A stretch of 20,000 bases of DNA from an uncultured virus (IMG/VR IMGVR_UViG_3300044639_000880) (lineage: Duplodnaviria > Heunggongvirae > Uroviricota > Caudoviricetes), in IMG/VR virus record IMGVR_UViG_3300044639_000880, positions 52,824 through 72,823 of that record. One strand, given 5' to 3'. Each line of letters begins with the position of its first letter. Position 1 is the stretch's first letter. The notes beneath the pieces are model-generated. The model was given only the letters and a program-made list of their open reading frames with translations. It did no database searches and had not been told where the DNA came from. Shown here in pieces: positions 1 through 9,300 of this stretch. The position numbers and the translations under genes are program-made.

Positions 1-2
1 CA

Positions 3-2096
3 CCTAAAGCTCTATCAGGGCTTGAAGTAAAGATGAAGGATATGAAATCAGGATTGTATGGTACTAATGGTAACCGTCAATTTAGTTTACCTAATCAAAT
101 ACAAAGCAGTAGATTCTCAGAACCTCTTACTGAGGTGAGAAATACTTTACAACCTGTAGCTAGAGAAAGTGCTAACCTTGAAGCTGAGAGAGGTGAAACT
201 GCAATAGTTAATATGGGAGGTATGCCAGCACATTTTAAGATTGGTGGCAAGAGACATTCAGAAGGTGGTACTCCATTGAATCTTCCTGATAACTCTTTTA
301 TCTATAGTGATACTGCTAAGATGAAGATTAAAGATCTTATTATCCAAGCTCAGTTTGGTATGGTACCAAAAAAGTCTGGATACACTCCGGCTGAGATCTC
401 TAAGAAATATGATATCAATAAATTCAGAAAAGTTCTAGCTGATAAAAACTCAGAACCAGTTGAGAGAAAGACTGCAGAGATGATGATCTCTAACTACAAC
501 TTAAAATTAGCTAAGCTAGCTTTAATACAAGAATCAATGAAAGGATTCCCTCAAGGAATTCCTCTTGTAGCTATGCCTTATATTATAGAGAATGAAATGG
601 ATGCCTCTCAATTCTTACCAGATCAAGCTCAAGAACAATTAGAAGGAGCTGAACAACCAGATGCTGATACCGGTGAAGCTAGATATGGTGCTAATGTTAT
701 CTCTACATGGGACACACATAGATATGGTGGTATACCTAAAGCTCAGTTTGGTGTTAATACAACTATGGACTCTGTTCCAAGATTTGATCCAGCATTGATA
801 GCTCAACAAGTTGCTGCAGAAGAACTTGCAGCTAAACAAAAAGGAACAATGACAACAGGGTCAGCTCCTAGAACAGTAACAGGTACTCCTTCATACAATG
901 TACCTTTACAAATAAATGATGGAGAGTATCAACAAACAGAACCTGATATGTTTACAAAAGCTTTACAAGGTGTTGGTGCTATTATGGAAGCTCCTCAAAG
1001 AGCTATGATGTATGCTGGTACAAGTATGTTTGGAGATGAAAACTATGAAATGACTAATCCAAAAACTGGTAAAAAAGAATGGATAGATAAAGATATTGTT
1101 GATATAAGAATGAAACAAGGATATACACCTACAGGTAAAAAGAAAACAGGATTTTATGAAATGCCATCTGAAACATTAGAAAGAGGATATCCTGATGCTT
1201 CTCCTGCTCTTAAGTTTGCATCTGATGTTTTTGGTGATCCTTTGCTTCCTGTAACAGCATGGAAAACTGCAGGAAGATTAGCTACTAAACAAATATCTAA
1301 ACCTTTAACACAAGCTATTTATCAATCTAAAGGAACACTAAGCAAAACAGAAGCTATTAAAAATTTAGGTCCTAAACTATCACCAAGAAAAAAAGAAATA
1401 GCATCTAAGGTTTATGATAAGATAATGGATGCTTATAAAAAGAATCCATCAGTTGATGAAGCTAAACTATTAAAGATAGCGGCCCCTGCAGCTCATAATG
1501 CTGCAATAGCTCATGATGCTGAAAAAGCTTCAAAAGAAGCTGTTAGAATAGCTAGAGAAGCTGCAGAAGAAGTTGCTAGAAAAGCAGAGTATGCATATGT
1601 TTATGGTATTGAAAAAGCTAAAGAAATATATGATAAAGCACATCCAGTAATCAAAAAAATTGCTAAAGGAACAAAAAAAGTTGCTGAAAAAGTTTATAAT
1701 GCTGTTGATGATCCTTACTTAGGACCAACTTTTAAGATGGCTGGAAAAAATATAATCACTTCAGGAGGTAAAACTATATTTGCAGATGAAGCCAAGAAAG
1801 AAACTAAATACTATAAAAATTTAGCACAAGAAGAAAAAGAAAGAGCAAACAAAGCAGAACAAAAATCAGACAGTTTAAGTGTGCTTTTAGCTAAGAAACC
1901 TAAAGAATCTGAACAGAAATATGGTCCTATTATTAGTAATAGTATTGGCCAACTTGGGCCAGGTTCTATAGCAAGAAAAAATTTAGCTACAGGAGAAGAA
2001 GAATGGTTTGATCAAAAAACTGGTAAACCATGGGCTGGTAATGTAGCTCCAGCAGATACCACAAGTAAAGTAACACCTGTTCAAGGAGATTGGTAA
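3..2096 (+). CDS. Putative virion cargo/internal protein, probably 5'-truncated (first ATG in window at 33)
   Basis: 687-aa ORF from ATG 33, but the frame is open back to base 3 (PKALSGLEVK-M), so the start may lie upstream. It has an N-terminal conserved-looking block ANLEAERGE...GGKRHSEGG...FIYSD, a YGGIPKAQFG motif, an Ala/Glu/Lys-rich helical middle and no Cys. Product inferred from context. Confidence 0.75.
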   Translation, partial: PKALSGLEVKMKDMKSGLYGTNGNRQFSLPNQIQSSRFSEPLTEVRNTLQPVARESANLEAERGETAIVNMGGMPAHFKIGGKRHSEGGTPLNLPDNSFIYSDTAKMKIKDLIIQAQFGMVPKKSGYTPAEISKKYDINKFRKVLADKNSEPVERKTAEMMISNYNLKLAKLALIQESMKGFPQGIPLVAMPYIIENEMDASQFLPDQAQEQLEGAEQPDADTGEARYGANVISTWDTHRYGGIPKAQFGVNTTMDSVPRFDPALIAQQVAAEELAAKQKGTMTTGSAPRTVTGTPSYNVPLQINDGEYQQTEPDMFTKALQGVGAIMEAPQRAMMYAGTSMFGDENYEMTNPKTGKKEWIDKDIVDIRMKQGYTPTGKKKTGFYEMPSETLERGYPDASPALKFASDVFGDPLLPVTAWKTAGRLATKQISKPLTQAIYQSKGTLSKTEAIKNLGPKLSPRKKEIASKVYDKIMDAYKKNPSVDEAKLLKIAAPAAHNAAIAHDAEKASKEAVRIAREAAEEVARKAEYAYVYGIEKAKEIYDKAHPVIKKIAKGTKKVAEKVYNAVDDPYLGPTFKMAGKNIITSGGKTIFADEAKKETKYYKNLAQEEKERANKAEQKSDSLSVLLAKKPKESEQKYGPIISNSIGQLGPGSIARKNLATGEEEWFDQKTGKPWAGNVAPADTTSKVTPVQGDW

Positions 2097-2117
2097 TTAT
2101 ATTTAAAATTTTAACAC

Positions 2118-3431
2118 ATGGGAAAAGAATCCGGCCTTAAAGCAACTACCATTTCAAAAGATGGTACTAAATTAAGAGATGAGTATAATGATGGAACATT
2201 TGGAAATGTAAGACCAAATCCTAATTATAAAAAAGAAGAAAAGCCTAAAGAAGGCAAATCTTCTACTACAAAAGAACAAGGTGAACCACCTTTGTTAATT
2301 GAACCTTATGCTTATAATACAGATAAGTTACATCATTCTAAATATGATAAAGCTCAGTGGAGAAAATGGGCTCAAGAAACAGGATTTAAACCTAAAAGTA
2401 GAACAGTAGCTGGGCAAAATAAAGAATTCCAATTATATTTATTGCAAGATGATAAATTTAAAGACAAAGTAAAAGCTATTCATAAAGAATTAGGTATGCC
2501 TTATGCAGGTAAACCTGATGATGAATTTCTTGGAGAAAGATGGGATAAGATAATGGAAAAGCTTACAACTGAACCAGAAAAACAACCAGAACCAGAAAAA
2601 GATTTACCTGAGCTTACTGTTAAGAAAGATGAAGAAAAGCCAGCAGAAGAACAAGATGTAAAGAGAAACACACCACAAGGTGTAACTGGAAACAGAAGAG
2701 CTCCTTGGTGGTTACAAGATATTATTAAAACTTCTGGTGCTGCAGCTGACTTAGCTAGAATAAAGAAGTATGATCCTTGGCAAGATACTCCACAAGTATT
2801 TTTACCTAATGCTACTTATTATGATCCTACACGCGAACTAGCTGCTAATACTGAACAAGCTAATTTAGCTAGTCAGTTTCATCAAGCATTCACTGGTCCT
2901 AAGTCAGGAGCTATATCTGGAGTTCAAGGTAAAGCTTTGGATAATGCTGCTAATATAATGGCTAAGTACAATAACTTAAATGTTGGTTTAGCCAATCAAC
3001 TATCTCAAGAAAGAGCAAGTATCTTGAATCAAGCTTCTCAAAATCAAGCTGGTTTAAATACTCAACTTTTTGATAAGTATACTATAGCTAATCAAACATT
3101 TAATACCTCTAAGAATATGGCCCGCCAGAACTTGAGACAATCTTATATGGATGCTATCACTAATAGAGCTAAGACACAAGCATTAAATACTTTATATCCT
3201 AACTATTACACAGATCCTTCTGATGGAGGATATCTTACTTTTAATCCTAACTATACACCAACTCCTACTTATAAAGGTGATACTAATGAATTTGATGAAG
3301 CTGTAAAAAAATATGGTAGTGTAGAAAATGCTAGTAAGTACATGGATTGGAAATATCGCAAGGCATCTAAAAAAGCTTCATCAGATTATCCATATGAAGG
3401 ATATGAAGGATATCAAGGAAATGAAGTATAA
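2118..3431 (+). CDS. Putative virion cargo/ejection protein (437 aa)
   Basis: Long ORF with an AT-rich leader (ttttaacacATG). It has a charged Pro/Glu linker, then PWWLQD...YDP and an Asn/Gln/Ala-rich helical C-terminal half typical of phage internal/ejection proteins. Function inferred from composition and context. Confidence 0.75.
   Translation: MGKESGLKATTISKDGTKLRDEYNDGTFGNVRPNPNYKKEEKPKEGKSSTTKEQGEPPLLIEPYAYNTDKLHHSKYDKAQWRKWAQETGFKPKSRTVAGQNKEFQLYLLQDDKFKDKVKAIHKELGMPYAGKPDDEFLGERWDKIMEKLTTEPEKQPEPEKDLPELTVKKDEEKPAEEQDVKRNTPQGVTGNRRAPWWLQDIIKTSGAAADLARIKKYDPWQDTPQVFLPNATYYDPTRELAANTEQANLASQFHQAFTGPKSGAISGVQGKALDNAANIMAKYNNLNVGLANQLSQERASILNQASQNQAGLNTQLFDKYTIANQTFNTSKNMARQNLRQSYMDAITNRAKTQALNTLYPNYYTDPSDGGYLTFNPNYTPTPTYKGDTNEFDEAVKKYGSVENASKYMDWKYRKASKKASSDYPYEGYEGYQGNEV
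3393..3428 (+). repeat. Degenerate 9-bp tandem repeat x4 (tatgaagga tatgaagga tatcaagga aatgaagta) encoding YEG-YEG-YQG-NEV at the end of ORF2
   Basis: Read directly from the sequence, immediately before the stop at 3429-3431. Confidence 0.8.
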
Positions 3432-3478
3432 TAAACTTTATAAGTGTATTACTATACCATATAAATTTAATAGATTTA
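3430..3478. promoter_or_regulatory. Two imperfect palindromes 30 bp apart in the ORF2-ORF3 intergenic region; candidate operator/promoter
   Basis: AATAAACTT-tat-AAGTGTATT (3430-3450, 1 mismatch) and TAAATTT-aat-AGATTTA (3462-3478, 1 mismatch). This is the longest intergenic gap in the window, and a perfect copy of the core occurs at 11953. Confidence 0.5.
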
Positions 3479-3495
3479 CAATATAAAATTAACTC

Positions 3496-6300
3496 ATGGC
3501 AACATATCTTCAAGGCGTAACCGACTATATACCTCAAATTCAACCTTTTCAACCGGATCTTAATTTTTACAGCAATGTAATGCAGGCCAAGCAAGGTAAG
3601 TATGATGATGCTAAAAATAAGATAAATGACTTATATGGTAGTTTGCTATATGCAGACATGAGTAATCCTGAAAACATCAAAAGAAGAGATAACTATTTTA
3701 AAGTTATAGATCAAGATATTAAAAAAATATCTGGATTAGATTTATCCTTACAACAAAATGTAGATCAAGCATTTAATGTATTTAAAGGTTTCCATGATGA
3801 CAAGTACATGCCTACTGATATGGCTTGGACTAGAAAATATAAAGCAGCTGTTAATAAACATGAGATGTTAAAAAACTGCACTGATCCAAAGAAGTGTGGT
3901 GATATGGTAGCTTGGAATGAAGGATTACAAGAATTAGAATATAAAAGAGAAGCTTTTGCTAAAGCTGGTTTAGAGGAAACTTTAAACATGGAAGCACCTA
4001 GTTATACCGGATACTTTAACTGGAAGCCTGGAGCAATGAAGTTTGCTAAGGACCAAGGTATGAGTATTACCAAAGATAGCAGTACAGGTAAGTTTATAGT
4101 AAGAAACAAAAATGGTGAACTTATAAAAAATGGTATGGAAACTCTTCTTACTACTGTGTATGGTGATGATCCTAGAATATCAGCTAATAACTATACTAAA
4201 GCTTTTGTAAATAGAAAAAATACTATTAAGTCTACTGCTGCTATGTATGGCAGTGAAGAAGAAGCTGAAAAAATGTATATCCAGAACACCATGCATACTG
4301 GTATTAAAACATTATCTAGTAAAATAACAGATCTAAATAATGGCTTTGAGCAGTTGGATGCTATACAGAAAAAGCTAGAGAAGCAAAAAAAGATTTCTAG
4401 TTTAACTAATGCTGAAGAAAGATACTATCAAGAAATAGTACAGCAAAAAGCAAATGTAGAAAAAACTAAGAACTATTATGACTCACAAATAAGTGAGATT
4501 CAGAATAACATGACGGATGCAGATTTAGCAACTCTTAATAGAAAAGCTGATATTGCACAAGCTTCTGTATACTTAGATAATGATATCAAAAATATGGCTG
4601 AAGTTTTATCACATACAGATGAAGAGATTAATACTATCCAAAAAGTAGATCCTGACTATGAACATAAATTAGCTAAAAATCTAGCTAAGTATGAGAATGA
4701 CTTGGGTATGATCAGAGATGCTGTACAAAGTGAGCTTAAAAAAGATGAGCTTTATTATGGTTCTTTTTTCAAAGACAGAAAAAAGGGTAAAGATAAAACA
4801 ACAGACTTTGGAAATGAAGATATTATACCAGTAGAAGCTGTACCAGGTGGTAATAAAAACTTTAATGCAATAGACCAACCAGAAGAGTTTTTTACAAAAT
4901 CAGCAGCTGATTTATATTCAAAAGCTAAATCAGCAGGATCAGAAGAAAGTATACAAGTATTGTGGGATGTATTTAATAACGCAAAAGAAGCTGCTGCTAC
5001 AAAAGAGGGTGTAGGAGCAAAAAAATATCTTCAAAAGTTTTATGGTAATAAGTGGCAGAATACAATGTTTATGAACATTACCGGTTTTAAAGCATTACTA
5101 GAAGAAAATAAAAGAAGTTCTTTTAATATGATGCATGATACTGATGATTATATTAAGGATAAGACTAATGATGTTAGAGGTTGGGGCGATGTAGCTAAAA
5201 CAAAATATAATGCTGATATGGCTAAAGCTGATTTAAAAAAGTTTTCAGCTAACAGTGAAATAGACTATTTTCAAAGTGGTGTAAAGAGTGTACTTAACAA
5301 TATGAGTGCTACAAAAGAGTACAAGTATGCTAAGTATCTTCCTAACAAATACGGTCAGATTAATCTTACAGATGACATACCTCAAGAGTTTACTAAAGCT
5401 TATCTTAATGATAACAACGATGCTGATGTTGATGATGTTTTAGATGCGTATGGAGCAACAAAGAAAGAGTTCTATAGACAATATGTATTAGCTGATAAAA
5501 CTAGTATTGAACAAGGTAAAGGTTTAACTGGTTTAGGTATGAAAGGTGGTAAAGGTATAACAAAGACAGTTAATAGTAATGATCCTGAAGATGAGTTTAA
5601 CAATGCTTTAATAAGTACTACTAATCAAGGTTTTGGAAATCCTGGTGCTGTTAAAATTATTATTGGTAATGCTGGTAAAGATAACTATGATATTAATAAA
5701 GAAAGTGATCCTAATGCTTCTGGTTTTATAGCAGACTTTGCATTAAAGATTAGAAGCAGAAGTACCCCTGATAAAAAGAAACCTTTATATAGAATGCTTG
5801 CTCAGGGTATAGCTGCTGATGATGATGTTAAAAGTTCTTTTACAATATACCCTACCAAAGAAGATGTAGATGAATATTTTGGTGATTCTAAAGAAGTTAA
5901 AGAAAGTGGTGTAAAAGAAAGGATCATGAGTGAAGGTATTAGTTATGTTTATGACAATACAAAGATTGCTTCACCTATAAGTGAGTTTTTAAATGTATCT
6001 CCTATAGAGAAACAACTTTTAAGCAAAGGCTCTTATAGAATAAGTGAGTTTGTAGAAACAGCTGGTACAGTTAAATTATCTTATGATGGTAAAATAACAA
6101 CTGTAACCTCTTTATATAAACTATTTGATAATTCAGAGCAAGGTTATTCACTAAAGGAGAAGATATATGTTGTTCCTAATATTAAAAAAGTTCAAGAAGT
6201 TGTTGATCAACAAATAATTGTATTAGAAGATTTACAACAATATAACCTTAATAGACAACAAGAGATCCGATTAGCTAACAAATCTAAAACACAAAACTAA
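3496..6300 (+). CDS. Putative virion cargo/ejection protein (934 aa)
   Basis: Long ORF starting MATYLQGVTDYIPQIQPFQPD, with a coiled-coil-like central region and a single Cys pair (CTDPKKC). Its stop overlaps the next start (TAATG, 6298-6302), indicating translational coupling. Function inferred from its position before the giant genes. Confidence 0.8.
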   Translation: MATYLQGVTDYIPQIQPFQPDLNFYSNVMQAKQGKYDDAKNKINDLYGSLLYADMSNPENIKRRDNYFKVIDQDIKKISGLDLSLQQNVDQAFNVFKGFHDDKYMPTDMAWTRKYKAAVNKHEMLKNCTDPKKCGDMVAWNEGLQELEYKREAFAKAGLEETLNMEAPSYTGYFNWKPGAMKFAKDQGMSITKDSSTGKFIVRNKNGELIKNGMETLLTTVYGDDPRISANNYTKAFVNRKNTIKSTAAMYGSEEEAEKMYIQNTMHTGIKTLSSKITDLNNGFEQLDAIQKKLEKQKKISSLTNAEERYYQEIVQQKANVEKTKNYYDSQISEIQNNMTDADLATLNRKADIAQASVYLDNDIKNMAEVLSHTDEEINTIQKVDPDYEHKLAKNLAKYENDLGMIRDAVQSELKKDELYYGSFFKDRKKGKDKTTDFGNEDIIPVEAVPGGNKNFNAIDQPEEFFTKSAADLYSKAKSAGSEESIQVLWDVFNNAKEAAATKEGVGAKKYLQKFYGNKWQNTMFMNITGFKALLEENKRSSFNMMHDTDDYIKDKTNDVRGWGDVAKTKYNADMAKADLKKFSANSEIDYFQSGVKSVLNNMSATKEYKYAKYLPNKYGQINLTDDIPQEFTKAYLNDNNDADVDDVLDAYGATKKEFYRQYVLADKTSIEQGKGLTGLGMKGGKGITKTVNSNDPEDEFNNALISTTNQGFGNPGAVKIIIGNAGKDNYDINKESDPNASGFIADFALKIRSRSTPDKKKPLYRMLAQGIAADDDVKSSFTIYPTKEDVDEYFGDSKEVKESGVKERIMSEGISYVYDNTKIASPISEFLNVSPIEKQLLSKGSYRISEFVETAGTVKLSYDGKITTVTSLYKLFDNSEQGYSLKEKIYVVPNIKKVQEVVDQQIIVLEDLQQYNLNRQQEIRLANKSKTQN

Positions 6301-9300
6301 TGGCTGAAGAACTTTCTAACCAAGAACAAGATGCAGCTAGTTCAGAAGAATATAAAGTATCGGTTAAACCTCCTGATTATCAAGCTCTTACAGAAAATGC
6401 TAAAAACATAGTAGCTGATATAAAAGCCGGTATGAATTTACCAGCAAGACCTACAGCTATTGATACTTATAGTAATGTAGCAGGTAATCCTATAACAGGA
6501 AGTAATCCTGGTAGTAAAAAGGCAACATCAGGTTTAGATTATATAAATGCTTTACATAGTACTGTTCAAGCTAAAGCTGCTGAATCTATAAGTCCTTTTG
6601 CAGAACTTAGACCATATACCTATAGTGGTGATATGGATGCTAGTAAGTTTGAAAGATATTATGCAACCGGTGACTTGTATAACAAGTTAGGTTTTTCTCC
6701 GTATAGAGATAATGAATCTTTATACAACAACAACATGACCTTTGGTGATCAGTTTACAAGAGCTGCTAAACAATGGGATAATCTAGTTGGTGTTGGTTTT
6801 ATGTCAGGATTAAGATCTTGGAAGACAATGTTTACTGATCCATTAGCTCCAGATATTGAAGGAGCTAGAGATATGGAAAGATATACTTCTATAGGATCTT
6901 CTTCTGCAGGTGGACTAGGTGGATTTTTTACAAATACATTTTTAAACTCTGCATACACGGTTGGTGTTGGTGCAAACTTATTAGCTGAGAATCTAGCATT
7001 AATGGGTGTGGGTACTGCAGTAAAAGGTGTAACTACAGCACTTAGAGCTCCGGCAATGCTTGAAAAAGCTATGGGTGCTTTTAAAAGTGCTGATGTTGTA
7101 GCAGACTTTACAAAGATAAACCCAATGGATGGTGTTCGTGCTTTAGGAGAAACTATTCCTGAAGCAAGATCTTTTTGGAACACTATAGGCAAAGGTGCTA
7201 AGAAAGTTGGTGTTGGTGCTTTAGATATTATCAATCCTTTAGATAATACAATAGATGCTTTAAGAGCTAAAGATTATGCAACTAACTATGCTAAAGTAGC
7301 CGGAACATTTGGTGCTTTTGCTGATGATATGTTGATGATGAAAGCTGCTGTATCTGAAGCTAAGCTAGAAGGTGGTATGTCTAAGATCAATATAACTAAA
7401 GATCTTATCGAAGACTACAGACAAAGAAATGGTAGAGATCCAGAAGGAGTAGACTTAACAAACATAGAAAAGATAGCTGATGAGAAAGCACATACAGTTG
7501 CTTTCTGGAACATGCCGGCCATCATGACTAGTAACAAGTTATTATATGCTACAATGTTAGCACCACTGCGTAAAGTGATGGGTAAGCAAGTAGCTGGTAC
7601 AGTAGATGATTATATATTAAAAGATAAAACCTATTCTGTTTTAGGAGAAGATTTTATATCAAGAGCAGGAGCTGCTGTTAAATCATTAGGTAAACCAAAT
7701 ACTTATGGTAAGTTTGGTATGAATTATTTGACAGCAAACTTTGCAGAAGGTATTCAAGAAAATATACAAGAAGCTTTATCAGAGGGAGCATCTCAACATG
7801 CTTTAGAGTTATTTAGAGATCCTATCAAAGCTAACTATGAAGGTTATATGCCTTACTTCTTAAAAGGTATAAAGAGTCAATTCTCTGCTCAAGGTGCTGA
7901 AACATTTGCAGGAGGTTTCTTAATGGGAGCTTTTGCACAACCTATTATGGCAGCACCTTCTATAGGTATAAGCAAAATAATAGAAGCTGCTACAACTGAT
8001 TCTGTTAGAGCTAAAGAACTAGAAGAAGAAAGAGCTAAACATAAAGCAGAAACTGCAGAAACTCTTACTGAGTTTTATAATAATACTTTAAACTATTTAG
8101 CGCCTGACTTACCTAATGCTGTAAGAACAGGAAGACTTTCTGATGATATGTTTAGTGCTGCTAGAGTTGGAGACAAATTAGGAACCATATCTGCACAAGA
8201 AGCAATTAAGAATCATCATATTATTACAGCCGCCAGAACTGGTAAGCTTGATGTTATGATTGATAGAGCTAAGGATTATAAAAATCTTACCAAAGAAGAA
8301 GCTGTTGAGGCTTTTGGTAAGTATGGTGTAGAAGCTCAGGATGTTGATAAAGCTATGGCTCACATAGATGGTATAGTAGAAAGAGCAAAAGAAATAAAAG
8401 ATGATTTTGAAGATGTAGCAAATAGATATCCTAATCCTTTTAATCCTAGTAATTTTAGAATAGGTAGTCCTGAGTTTATAGCAGCAGCTGTTGCTAAAAC
8501 TTCTTGGGATGAAGCTGCCCATAATCTTATATTTGCAAAGGCTACATTCAAGTCACACAGTAAGCGTATAGCTGATATAGCTAATACTTTCTCAAAACTA
8601 TCAAGCGCTTTAGCTAAGGGAGACGTAAACCTTCTTACTTCAATGCTAAGCTCAACAACAATGACCAATGAGATCAATATGTTGAGAAAAGAGATTGCTA
8701 CTCTAGATGATAGTTTACCTGAACAATCTAAGATAAAAAAACAAAAGTTAAAACATCTAGAAGGTATACAAGCTTTCTACAAAGCAATAGAGAACTATCA
8801 GTATGCTAAAACAGATGCTGAGAAAGCTATGGTAGAAAAAAGAGCTAAAGATGCTTTTGCAAAACATCTTAAAAACATAGCTGATAAAAATGATGTACCT
8901 GTATTTGATGAAGAATTAGATGCAGCTTTCTCTTTAATAAGAGATCATATGTTATTAAAAGATCAGCAAACTGGATTGGTTAAGAACATTAATGTGTTAA
9001 TGACACCTGATAGCTTTTTCCAATTCCAAAAAAGATTATACTCTACATACGCAGAGGGTGTGTACAACATACCGGATACTATAGGTCACAATCTTGACAG
9101 ACATACTTTTACTAAAGATCTTAATGATATTATAAATGATATAAGAGGTTTAGGTTTTAATATACCACAAGATGTTATTGCATCTTACTCTGATGCTTAC
9201 TTTGCAGGAGAAGAGTTATTACCTTTGGTTTTCTTATTAGATAGTAATGGTGTTAAGATAACATCTGGTCCAGCTTTTGAAAAAGCTAATGGTATATGGA

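Noticed and set aside
1479..1590. Short direct and inverted repeats (agctcataatgctg / agctcatgatgctg; gcagc...gctgc)
   Set aside because: Explained by the Ala-rich low-complexity helix and the bias toward GCT/GCA codons.
2097..2117. TTAAAATTTTAA as a terminator
   Set aside because: AT-only with no loop or GC stem, so it is too weak. It is more likely just an AT-rich translation initiation region.
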